Source: Tricharina praecox
Taxonomy: Eukaryota
Assembly: GCF_024521635.1 (NCBI RefSeq)
Contig: NW_026250423.1
Coordinates: forward strand, 186,001-250,000
DNA length: 64,000 nt
Direction: 5' to 3'
Position numbers and translations under genes: made by a program. Shown here in pieces: positions 53,775 through 64,000 of this stretch (positions are counted from its first letter, which is position 1; every line of letters begins with the position of its first letter). The notes beneath the pieces were generated by a model. It saw nothing but the letters and a program-made list of their open reading frames with translations, ran no database searches and was not told the DNA's origin.

Positions 53775-55373
53775 ATGGCTTTCGTTCATCATAGTGCAGC
53801 AAGTGTTGCACGGATCGAAGATATACCTATGTCCCGTGTACCCAGACACCAGGACAAGAGCAGCAGCTCGGAACAGCCCAACCTCCTCTTCCTCCTCACA
53901 CCACCGTCATCACCTCGCATCGGCTCGCCACCCTCACTCCCAGTCACTTCGCAGGCGGCAGGGGCAGTAGGACGACAGAGCGATCCGACACCTCCTCCTA
54001 TCAATGACAGCTGCGTTGCCGTTCTAAACACCGACAGAAATCTAGAGCTGTCTACGGTGCAGTATCACAGGCTCGACCTTAACCAGCCACCCCAGCCAAT
54101 CCGTAACGTTCGTGACTTCCACTTTCTGCCGGACTGTACGGCCAAGTTTCTGCAGAATGACTTCTATGCGCCGTGTGCGAAGGCCGCATTCAAGAATTAC
54201 AAGGCGTTGCATAGGATGTTTTCGTTTTTTTCCGGGGCTGATGCCGCGGCAGCGGTTGGCTGCTCTGCCTTTGTCGAGCGTACGGAAGTATTCTCGCGGG
54301 GTTCAAGCCAGCCAGCCGCTGAACATAATCAAGGTGAAGAAGGAGGGCAAGCCACTCTCAACATCAAGCCCTTCACCGAAGCCATCTTCGGCCCAGCCGG
54401 TCCTACCAGAAGCCACTTGTTCTTCTCAACCCGCGGCTGTTCCACGCTCAAGGCCAGCCACAAGCTCACAGACTTCACCTCGATCCACATCGTCAGTGGA
54501 ATCTGCCTCTTCTCACAGCGACATCTCGGCACTGAACATGGCGAGATCAGTGATCAGTGTCCACCGCTACCGTACGACACAAAACCCACAATGTACGAGC
54601 TGGAAACTCTTCTCCGCCTCAGCTCTGCCATAGCGGACACCGTCTCGCTCCTCCCCGCTTCGGTGCCACCTCCAACAGTCACGTTGGATGTACCGCGGAT
54701 TCAATACTACGCACCGATCCTGGCCGCTTTCTCGTCCGGCCACTGTACCCGCCGCGAGATGGAAGCCTGGCTGGCAGCAATCGATACCCGACACGACCAG
54801 CTGGCCACTATATTTCCGGCCGTAGTGCATGCTTTCCTTTCATCCCGCGGCATCCACAACATTCGTGTGGAAGTATCTTCAACCCTTGACGTGCTCCTCC
54901 CGTACATCCGCGACCACCTTTCCTCGTCCACGCCACTCCACATCACGGGCATCCTCAAAGAGCTCGTCCGCGTCGATCCACTATGGGCATCCTACCTCCC
55001 TAACCCGCCACCAGCAGACCTAACAGCCCTCAGCAAATCCTCGTACTCCTACACGCTCGTCCGACCTGCGCTCTCCAGCACCCCGAGCGACAAAGTCCTC
55101 CTGCTGCATATCGATAACCCGGCGGAATGGCGCATCTTCTTGGAGGCACAGAAGGCGCTTGGCGAACGGCCCGGGATGCTGCTGGGACTCTACCCGCTCG
55201 AACGAGTATTCACAGGGGAGAGCACCGGACGATCCAGTCTGTATCTGCAGGATCCCGGGCAGATGCTGTGGGATTGTGAGAGCGGGGAGGTGGGATTGAG
55301 AGACGTGCTGGAGACGATTTATGGAACGAAGACAGTGCTGGCTTACGGTGGAGCGAATGTATTATACGGGTGA
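53775..55373 (+). CDS. AnkA/AvaA-like arginine-containing cyclodipeptide synthase (RCDPS, tRNA-dependent), putative
   Basis: 532-aa uninterrupted ORF with blocks I associate with fungal RCDPSs: IVSGIC, KPTMYELETLLRLSSAIAD, TLDVPRIQYY, WLAAIDTRHDQL, LLHIDNPAEWRI (DDxxE-like) and RSSLYLQDPG. TATA-like ATATAAA at about 53535 and a probable 5' UTR intron at 53691-53742. Confidence 0.65.
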   Translation: MAFVHHSAASVARIEDIPMSRVPRHQDKSSSSEQPNLLFLLTPPSSPRIGSPPSLPVTSQAAGAVGRQSDPTPPPINDSCVAVLNTDRNLELSTVQYHRLDLNQPPQPIRNVRDFHFLPDCTAKFLQNDFYAPCAKAAFKNYKALHRMFSFFSGADAAAAVGCSAFVERTEVFSRGSSQPAAEHNQGEEGGQATLNIKPFTEAIFGPAGPTRSHLFFSTRGCSTLKASHKLTDFTSIHIVSGICLFSQRHLGTEHGEISDQCPPLPYDTKPTMYELETLLRLSSAIADTVSLLPASVPPPTVTLDVPRIQYYAPILAAFSSGHCTRREMEAWLAAIDTRHDQLATIFPAVVHAFLSSRGIHNIRVEVSSTLDVLLPYIRDHLSSSTPLHITGILKELVRVDPLWASYLPNPPPADLTALSKSSYSYTLVRPALSSTPSDKVLLLHIDNPAEWRIFLEAQKALGERPGMLLGLYPLERVFTGESTGRSSLYLQDPGQMLWDCESGEVGLRDVLETIYGTKTVLAYGGANVLYG

Positions 55374-55678
55374 TTATGCTGGAATTATGCCAGAATGTAT
55401 CTATCGAGCGGATCTCTTTGGCTGTTGCTTCAGAATGTTTCTTCACAGCACCAATCGTGACCTATCCTACGGCCTATTTATCTGCAACCTTCCCTGTTCC
55501 CTTCCCACTCAACTCACACTATGTGATCCTTGGTCCTCTTGGTGAAATGTAATCATCCGAGTGATAATGCCGCGAAACACCCCTGCAAGCTCCTTCGCGC
55601 GCTTAATTACCAATTCAACCCACCACGCGTCTTCCATCCGTCGCGTCTTACCCAACAACACTCCGCATTACAACCACA

Positions 55679-57010
55679 ATGAACAAATCACTCGAGCCCA
55701 ACCTGCACAACCTCCTACCGTCGCTGGCGGGGCCTATACCGTCGGAGCTCCTCGATCTCGCGACTTCACTCCTCGCGCAGTCGCACACGCGCATTAGCAA
55801 CCTCAAGGCGAACGAGGAGATCGCGCGATCGTACGTGTGTGCGCATCTTGCATGTGAACGGTATGTAGCTACCCCCCGTAAATGAAGGAAGGAACGTAGA
55901 GCTTGGCTGTGGTGGTAGCGGCACTGACAGACCCGGGTTACTTGCAGGCTGAAGAATAAAATCGATATCCCGAGCATCGAGCCGAATCCCCCCCTGCCGC
56001 CGAAGGAGTATAATAAGCTCCTGGCGTACTTCAAGACCTCGCTCGCGCCAGCTGCCCGGGCGTCGACTCGGACTCGGAATGCTCCCGTACCTGCACCCAC
56101 ACCCGCAGCTGCACCTCCGCCACCACCAGTAACCGCAACCGCACCCGCATCTACATCCGCCCCCGCACGAGCCTCGGACGCACTCGACCCCACCCTCGCC
56201 GCCAACCTCAAAGCACTATGCACACGGCTCAACGCGCCGAACGCGTACACATACGTGTACAACGGGGTGCACGCGGTGCTCACGGCGGCCGAGAACCGCA
56301 CTGTGCGCGGCAAGGCGATCGAAGCGATCTCTGTGGCGGTGGGAATACTCGTGATTGAGCGGCTGTCGGCGCACGACACGGAGATACCGATTGGCAATAT
56401 CAAGTGGAAGCGTGGAACGGGGTATAAGACCAAGCAGAGGGAGGTTATGGCCGTGCTGGCTGAGGTCGCCAGGACCAAGGCTCCCCTGAAACATGCTGTC
56501 GATGATTGGGTCCAGAAACTTAGTCAGCAGGGGTTTAGGAAGTGGCCTTGGATGCAGGCGGTGCCGGATGGCGTTGGTGCCGGGGGGAACGGCGTGCTGG
56601 GGAGGGTGGGCGAAGTAGGGGAGAGTGTGGAAGCTGTGGAGGTGAAGGGGACGAATATTAGGAAGCGCAAGGCGGAGGTGCAGCCGCCCCAGCCGGAAGC
56701 GAAGACTAGGAAGGTGAAGGCTGAGAGCAGTGCTACTGGTGCCAAAGTACCTGCCGCCCCTGCCGCGAAGAAGAAGGCAGCCACTAAAAAAGCCGCAGCT
56801 GTCCCAAAGACGATCAAGGCGGTCCCCAAGTCTAGGCCGAAGCCGAAACCCAAGACAAGTTCCACCAAGACTGCTTCCTCTGGCGATGCCGGTGGCGGAG
56901 GAACAATGTTGCAGGATCGAGTGGACTATTTGACCGAGAAGAAGAAGAACTCGTTTCAGATATGGAAGCTACAGATTTTGGAGAAGTGTGCTGAGGTTGA
57001 AGCTTTGTAA
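55679..57010 (+). CDS. ORC6: Origin recognition complex subunit 6
   Basis: LLAQS..LKANEEIARSYVCAHLACERLK..PPLPPKEYNKL (ORC6 N-terminus) and C-terminal GTMLQDRVDYLTEKK..FQIWK. Intron at about 55861-55947. Confidence 0.88.
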
Positions 57011-57236
57011 TTGTACTTGTTTCTAATACTGTTTCTTTCATGCATTCTTATTCCCAGATTTTCGTTTACATATCCAGATATCCAAATTTTCATTACAGCA
57101 ACTTCAGATGATACGAAACAACTGGTAGGTAGTGCACGGCATTCGCATTTTTCTGATTAGTGAATGCCACAAAACAAAAATGATCGTACATCAACATCTA
57201 GTTTACTCCCCACATGTCCCGGGACTCCGCAGAAAA

Positions 57237-57989
57237 TTATGCGTCGCTGTCCCCCTCCTCGCTCTTCTCTCTATCGGGTGCCGGCCCCTCTCCAGCAACC
57301 CCCTCCAACAGCACCCCCCTCTTCGCCCCCTCCTTCGTCCATTGGATCGCCCTCCTCGCCCACGGAATCCACACCCGGAGCCACTTCTCAACCCTCTTAC
57401 AGCGCTCATCCATCTCGGGCGTTGGAAGGTTCCAACTATGCAGGAGGCACCTGACTACTTTCATCAAGTCCTCGAGCTCCCTGACCAGCACCGCGGTGCG
57501 GCGAATGAGGGCGGCCATACCGTACTGCTTAAAGATACGGTACGCCATCGGCACGGCGTGCAGGAAGCTCGCCAGTTCCTGGGGCGTCGGCCGCAGGAAC
57601 AGCGTCCGTATCACCTCGTGGATGATGTCGCCCGGGAGCAAGTCGAGCGAAGGTGCTGACCGCTGTGCTAGCAAGTCGCTGAAAAGTGACAGCGGAGGCT
57701 GGTGAGGTACCGGGGCCGCTACGGCGGGTTCCGCGGTGGGCGAGGGGACCACTGGTCCCGGCGGCATGGCCTGCAGTGCCTCCGGCGCTGCGGCGGGTGC
57801 CGAGGTGTTCTTGATGGTTGGGAGGGTCGAAACCTCCACCTCAGCCGCTGAGGATGGTTCGGCGGTGGGGAGGGCCGAAGGCTTCGTCTCCGTCGCTGCT
57901 CGAGGCATTGAGGTGTTCTTGGTGCGGGGGAGGGTCGAAAACTGCTGGGATTTGTCTCTCTGGCCGCAGCATAAAAATTGCAAAGGCAT
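57237..57989 (-). CDS. Hypothetical protein with F-box-like motif
   Basis: SLDLLPGDIIHEVIRTL..LASFLHAVP resembles an F-box. N-terminal MPLQFLCCG and an internal STLPxxKNTS duplication. Confidence 0.45.
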   Translation of the reverse strand: MPLQFLCCGQRDKSQQFSTLPRTKNTSMPRAATETKPSALPTAEPSSAAEVEVSTLPTIKNTSAPAAAPEALQAMPPGPVVPSPTAEPAVAAPVPHQPPLSLFSDLLAQRSAPSLDLLPGDIIHEVIRTLFLRPTPQELASFLHAVPMAYRIFKQYGMAALIRRTAVLVRELEDLMKVVRCLLHSWNLPTPEMDERCKRVEKWLRVWIPWARRAIQWTKEGAKRGVLLEGVAGEGPAPDREKSEEGDSDA

Positions 57990-59198
57990 GGTGAAGTATC
58001 GACTTTCTGGGGTCGGTGCAAATTGTGCAGTCTGTTGTGTTGTGTTGTGGTGATATGGTCTGTGGTTGTTGTCGATGTTGTGGGTGAAGAATTGTGGCGA
58101 AGAAGTGTGGTGAAGAAGTGTGGTGCGCACAAAACTTATCTAGGAGGTCGGCTTGGTCAACTTTCAATGACCAGCTGGCTTGAAGTCAAACTTGAGGGTT
58201 GTGGATTAAACCCTATTCGTGTGGGTGATGGGGTTTGGTGAGACTGAAGTGTCGACGCTGACTCGTGATTGAGTTTGGAGTGAATAGATGCCTAAGCGCG
58301 AGTGCGCGCGCACATGTATCTCCAACAATTCAGTCTTGTCTTCTTCACGCATTAGTGATTTCTCTTGACGCACCCACACCATTGAAATCCACCGCCTAGC
58401 CTCACGCACCGAGAGCCAGCGTAGCGTTCCAATGGGCAGAAAACAATGCCGTTGCATTTGACGATTCTAAGACCGAGCTGATGCACTTCCACACGGCGAG
58501 GAACAACACCATAACCTACGATGAGAGAGTCACCCTCTAGGTATCAGCAGTACTACTAGTACCTCGATGATCCAACAAAAATTGAGGCCGCAGTGGGGGT
58601 GCGGGTGAATGCGAGTGACTTTCCTTACCAAAAGACTAGTTCTAAATCCAAATAGAGTGATGGTACATGTTTAGCTTTTCCGGTTAGGTTTTAACACAAA
58701 AGCCTCGACCATTCGATACTGCAGCAGTAGCTAGGAGGAAGACGGTTCATGTTTCGCTAGTACTTGGGCACATCATTGCCTTCCCGTCAGATCCACAGGA
58801 ATTCAGGGTCCACCCTAATCAGCTATAGCTGATACGTGTATCCAGTCTGTTGGTTGGTTACCGGGTCGAAGGAAACTCCCGTTGTCTCTCAGCGGATGCG
58901 TCATAACGGATCGCTTGACTTCGCGCTTCGGAACAGCAGAATCTAGTCCATGTCAGACCCTAGAGGGTCCGATTTGCCGAGTGTCAGTCTGTGGCTAGAG
59001 CAAAATGACAAATTATAAGGTTAAAAAGCCTCTCGATCCCTGGATGTGAGACCCCTGGGCTCAAATGCACCAGTAGAGCTTAATCGAAAATCGGCTGTTC
59101 TACATCACGAAGACTTGTAACTTTTTTTGGTAACCGTAAACTTTTCATTTTCGATACCTTTCCACAAATTCCGTCCCGAGCCCAAAACCAACCAAAGC

Positions 59199-60015
59199 CT
59201 AAACGCTCAGGGCCATGATGGAGTTGACAATGTCGTTATCGTTCTCCTTAAGAGCTTTGACGGCCTTCTTTCGGGAGACACCCGCCTGTAGTAATGATTC
59301 ATGTCAGCTTCCTGCATGCGCCTAGGTGATTGACGTAAGTTAGGGAGATCCAACCTGTGCCATAACGAGCTCAATGTCCTTGCTCTCGAGACCAGAGTCG
59401 TCGACCTCCTCGCCGTCGTCCTCCTCCTCCTCCTCAACCTTCTTGGCCTCGATTCCCTTACCCTTCTCGGCAGCGGCAGCAGCAAGGTCATCCTCGATGC
59501 TGGACTTCTCGGCCTCACGGAGCTGGTGGGCGGCGTTCGCCTGAGCCTGAGAGTTGAGGTCCTCGATCTTGGCCTCACCAAAGATGCTGCACACACACTT
59601 GTCAGCAAACTGCTGCTACTGAAGCTCCGAGCACAATCGCGCCATGCTGCTTACATCCAAGTGTTGCTGGTAGGGGACTTGTAAACATCGGGCGAGTTGA
59701 TAACAAACAGGATCTAAGGCGAACCATCACACATCAACATCACAGTTCCCCTCCACATCCAATACGGTACGAACATACGTTCTTGGGTCGTCGGAGGGTG
59801 ACGCGAGTGATGCCAGGAACATGCTTCAAGCCCAACTTGGCAATCTGCTTGCGGGCCTTCTTCTCGTTTCTCGAGTGGACCGTGACAGCCGATCCGGCGG
59901 GGAGCTCATCACCCTCGACGTCACCGGCCTCGGACTCCTCGGAGGACACGTGGTCCTCGAGCTCGACCTTGCGGGCCTGCTCGTCGGTGAGTTCTTCGAT
60001 GCGGGAGTCGGACAT
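59199..60015 (-). CDS. EGD2: Nascent polypeptide-associated complex alpha subunit
   Basis: [42 protein letters not shown], and UBA domain [36 protein letters not shown]. Three introns. Confidence 0.95.
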
Positions 60016-60685
60016 GGTAGATGCCTATTCGGTTGTTGTTCTTGTTAGCTGGGAAAATAGCGGGCCGATCGAGTAGTGGTATTTGGAGCCGGGAGTCAGG
60101 GGAATTCTGGGGGAGGTGATTGCGTACGGAGTAGTGAATTATTTGGTTTACCGGACACGTAAATCGGGAGGTGAATTGTTCGGAGAGGTGTGGTAGTAGT
60201 GGAGGTTGAGAGGAATTGGAATTAGTGCCAAGACTTTCGCTGGAGTGGGGCACGTCGGTCTAACCTCGACCCCTCCCTCGTCCACGCCCCTCCCCTCGCC
60301 ATTTCTCACTGTGCGCAGTCACATTTTGCACCATTCCACAAAGCGGCGGTGAACCACCTAGCCAAACAGAGAAAGAATCGCGTGTGTGCTGCCACAATCA
60401 CTCGCCCTAACCCCGCCTCACCCCCCTCCATCGTTCTGCCCGATAATTAACAGAAATTGATTTTCCCCCGCGAAGAAAAAAAGGCGGCTGAAGTGAAGTG
60501 AGTTACCTCTGGTCCCTCCCGCCCGTCTTCTCCCACACCCAAACTACACCACTCAACCCACCCCCTCCACCCCAACCTCGAGTTCTCCTTGGTACCGCCC
60601 ACGATTCCCGCTCCCGCCGACACAGACAGAGAGATCTCTTGCTAACTCCCTATCCGACCGTTAAGCGAACCTTACATCATCAATC
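60016..60685. promoter_or_regulatory. Shared divergent promoter of NAC-alpha and NAC-beta with a Homol-D-like box
   Basis: The start codons are 670 bp apart. CAGTCACA at 60316-60323 matches the Homol-D ribosomal-protein promoter element. GCCCTAACCC at about 60404 is Homol-E-like. Confidence 0.55.
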
Positions 60686-61540
60686 ATGGATCACGCAAAG
60701 CTCGCGAAGATGCAGGCGTCCGTCCGTATCGGTACGTGTCAAATAAACCCTCGGACCACACCTACACTATAGCTTGACCGGAGAACCCTGGTGGTGCTGG
60801 GGATTATTCCTTCAGGGCGGCGGGGTTGGACATTCATTGGGGCGGGGCATGGTGGAAGGTTGCGATTGATGTTGGGATATGGTTTACTGACATTCTCCTG
60901 CTGCTTAGGGTAAATACTCCTCCTCCGTCCTCCTCCATCCAACCCCTCGAGCAATGCCTCCGACCGGGACCTTCCTCATTCCAGCAACGGCTGACCGTCG
61001 GACTGTGGCTGGAGAATGTAAGGCTAATGATGGAGGGTTGATACAGCGGAAAGGGAACCCCACGGAGAAAGGTCAAGAAGGTGCACAAGAGCGCCGGAAC
61101 CGATGACAAGAAGCTTCAGGCTGCTCTCAAGAAGTTGAACGTGCAGCCCATCCAGGCTATTGAGGAGGTCAACATGTTCAAGGAGGACGGAAACGTCATC
61201 CACTTCGCCGCTCCCAAGGGTTCGTTTGTGCGATCCAGGTGGGGGAGGAATAGTGATCGCTTGAGCTTCGTACTGATTGATCCGTGTGTGTGCAGTTCAC
61301 GCGTCGGTCCCTTCCAACACCTTCGCCATCTACGGAAACGGCGAGGACAAGGAGTTGACCGAGCTCGTCCCCGGTATCCTTAACCAGCTTGGCCCCGACT
61401 CGCTCGCGTCGCTGCGAAAGCTCGCAGAGAGCTACCAGAGCCTTCAGAAGAAGGAGGGCGATGACGACAAGAAGGACGACTCCGATGACGATGACATCCC
61501 CGACCTTGTCGAGGGCAAGGACTTCGAGAACAAGGAGTAA
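60686..61540 (+). CDS. EGD1: Nascent polypeptide-associated complex beta subunit (BTF3)
   Basis: [90 protein letters not shown]. The reading frame requires a 1-nt exon at 60909. Confidence 0.95.
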
Positions 61541-64000
61541 ACCGAAACCCCAATCGGACAAAAAAAATCTCACTTCGGAGTTTCCTTTTCGATGGTTTCG
61601 TGTTGCTGTTGTGATTGTTGGCCGTCGTTGTGGGTGCTGGTTTCGCGAGTTCGGGAGAAGAGTAACGTCTCATCTGTGCCGTTTTTCTCTTGTCTTTCCA
61701 CCACCAGATTTGTGCGTCTTTAAAACGGCAATATAAGGCGACTATGAATCAAACCAGTGAGCATGCTTTCGGAGTGCGGCATCTGAACGCCCGTATTTGA
61801 ACGAAACCAGAGTATTACTACAGGTCAGAAATCAATGGTGTGTGTTCCTGGCACGTCGCAAAGCATCATTCGTGCAGACGCAGCAGACAGCGATATGGTG
61901 CGAGCATTCTGCCCATTCAGCTGGCAGGAAAGGTCGGGTATGAGGTCGCCGTAGTCTAGACAGCCCGTACGCGACGATGGATTGATGTTCTTTCTGTCAC
62001 TCGCCCATCCCTGGCTAATCATCAATAGGAATAACACCCTATCATGGTTAATTCTCCTGAAATGACAATTGAGCTACAGACTACCAAGCAACAGGCTATC
62101 CTCGTCCTCTGCAGGATAAGTCACAGGCTTCTTAAGCTGTCCCAGCTTCTCACTTGGTCCATGCCTCGGTTTACCGACCCTAGACTTCGTCCTGTCCCAA
62201 CCATCACCCTTACACCAACCGCACGCACACAGCGCAAAGAAGATCCTCTCGAACCTCCCTTTCTCGAACCCCCTCACCTCCTGCGCATACATATCCCCTC
62301 CACCGTATCAACCACTGGACAGCGCTTGCACCGTCTCCCTGCTCGGGCCTGTGCCGGCTGGGGGAGTGCAAGAGAGCTTCAGCTCCGTGTTGGCGGAGTA
62401 TTGGCCGCCTTGAAAAGGTGTCCACGGTTGAGTCAGACCTGTATACCTAAGTAAGGACTTATTGACGACAACGCGTTGATGCATGCGCAAGGAGGCAGTC
62501 GGTATACCGCCTTGTCTGGCATCGTCCAGTTTATTTGTAGCACGTACGGAATACATGCAGCACCTAATTGATGGCTGTAGGTATTTTCCTCAGCTGTTGT
62601 CTCATAATCTATGTTGCTCTCCACTCCGTTGGGAGAACTCCATCCAAATTCCGCGGACCTTTAGGGGCAGAGCCCCCTTTGATATCTTGGCCTGCAGAAA
62701 TATGCAATGTTCGCACTACGGAAAACCCGGAAACCCTTAGATAAACGGTACATACGCGATGTACATGCTTAAGTACACTGCCTCTTACTATCCTAGTCGA
62801 AAACCCCCCTTTAGAACTCCTAGCCACGCTATGGTGTACATAGTAGAAAAGACAACCACCAATTGGACGGAACCGCCATCATTGCGCGAGTGTTGGCATA
62901 TGTCGCTGGCGTTGGGATGAAGTGATGGAGAGGAAAAGGCACCGGTATATCTAGTAAGCTGAACAAGGAACGAAGCGAGGCTTGAGCATCTTGCGAAAGA
63001 AACAGGCCGGTGCATGCGAGTGGCAGTGGGCACCATAGCTTAAATGGTCCGTGATTGTTATTGAGAGTGAGTTCGGTGGCTGATGCGGCCCGTCCGGTCA
63101 GTCTTTTGCCTCGCATCAGACTGCCTACCTAAACCAGAATGTTAATCCGTCTGGTGAAAGTAGTCAGGTTACCGGTATCCTTTCGGTCGACAGGCTAGAC
63201 GGACCGAGGCCAACCATTAACGGCTGCTGCAAAAAATAATGAGCAAGATCGAAGGACCAATCAATCCAATCGAATCCTAGGAAGGATTGGAAGTTTTTGG
63301 ACCGACTGGAGTTTGGCCGGCTGCGATCCTGAAATATATCTACGCTGCGTCTGGTGGTGAGGTTGGGATAAGCGCGTGGAACTTGCCGGTCGCTTGTTTG
63401 CTACGCCGCGACTAGGCGTCGGAGAAGAGTCTTGGTGATGTTAGTTCTTACTTCTGGGATGCTAGGATAAATTGGGCCATAACCGCAAGCTCATCGCCGC
63501 GCGTCTGTGCACGAGCACGTACCGTCGTTTACTACCCAGGTGCATCTGTATGTGAGTACACCTTCCCCTCCGTCCCTCAACGGTTGCTAATACCTAGGTA
63601 CAGCGATAGGAGAACATCCGCAGGCTAGAGACATAACTAATCAACGGGAAAACGTCCCATGCTCAGCGATCCTTGAGGTCAGGGGCAAATTCATCATATG
63701 TACCTGCACCATGCTTTGTCCTCCGCTTGCATTCCCTCAACATCCGTTGCGATATCTACCGCACATACCTCGCCCCCACTACCGCCACCACGTTCTAGTG
63801 GCTTCCTAAGCGGTTTTCTACCGGAGATGAAATCGAACGGACAGTCCTCGTCATGTAGACAAAGAATTATCATGGCTTTCTGACAGAGTTGACATCAGCT
63901 TTCAGCTTTCCCGTTTTGTCTGTGTATTCATCATGCTCGCATACATTTCAGCCTTCAGCCTTCAGCCTCAGTTCCAACCACTCACCTCTCAAAGTACTCT

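Noticed and set aside
58990..59075. tRNA-like fragment (GGTTAAA..CTGGGCTCAAAT..CCAG)
   Set aside because: It lacks TTC in the T-loop and a closable cloverleaf.

Overview
Eukaryotic, intron-containing genomic DNA from a filamentous ascomycete; Pezizomycetes is my inference from gene style and repeat content and is not proven. All gene models were built by eye from the ORF track plus GT..AG/CTRAC splice signals, so family calls come from motif recognition and not from database searches. About 20 protein-coding genes, left to right: a Masc1/RID-type C5 DNA methyltransferase (running off the left edge) head-to-head with a DEMETER/ROS1-related HhH-GPD DNA glycosylase, an MFS transporter, pyroglutamyl peptidase I, mitochondrial 2-methylisocitrate lyase, a small single-pass membrane protein, a frameshifted GH76 (DCW1/DFG5-like) gene, synaptobrevin, ARG5,6, a 74-aa three-exon microprotein that is probably lipidated, IVY1-like, RAD1/XPF, an HNM1-like permease, two acidic orphans, a stand-alone AnkA/AvaA-type tRNA-dependent cyclodipeptide synthase (RCDPS)-like gene, ORC6, an F-box-like orphan, and a divergent pair encoding both NAC subunits. 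At 30.1-33.2 kb lies a nested transposon complex. Most notable: the methyltransferase/glycosylase pair, the RCDPS-like gene with a DNxxE variant motif, and an apparent single-nucleotide exon in NAC-beta.
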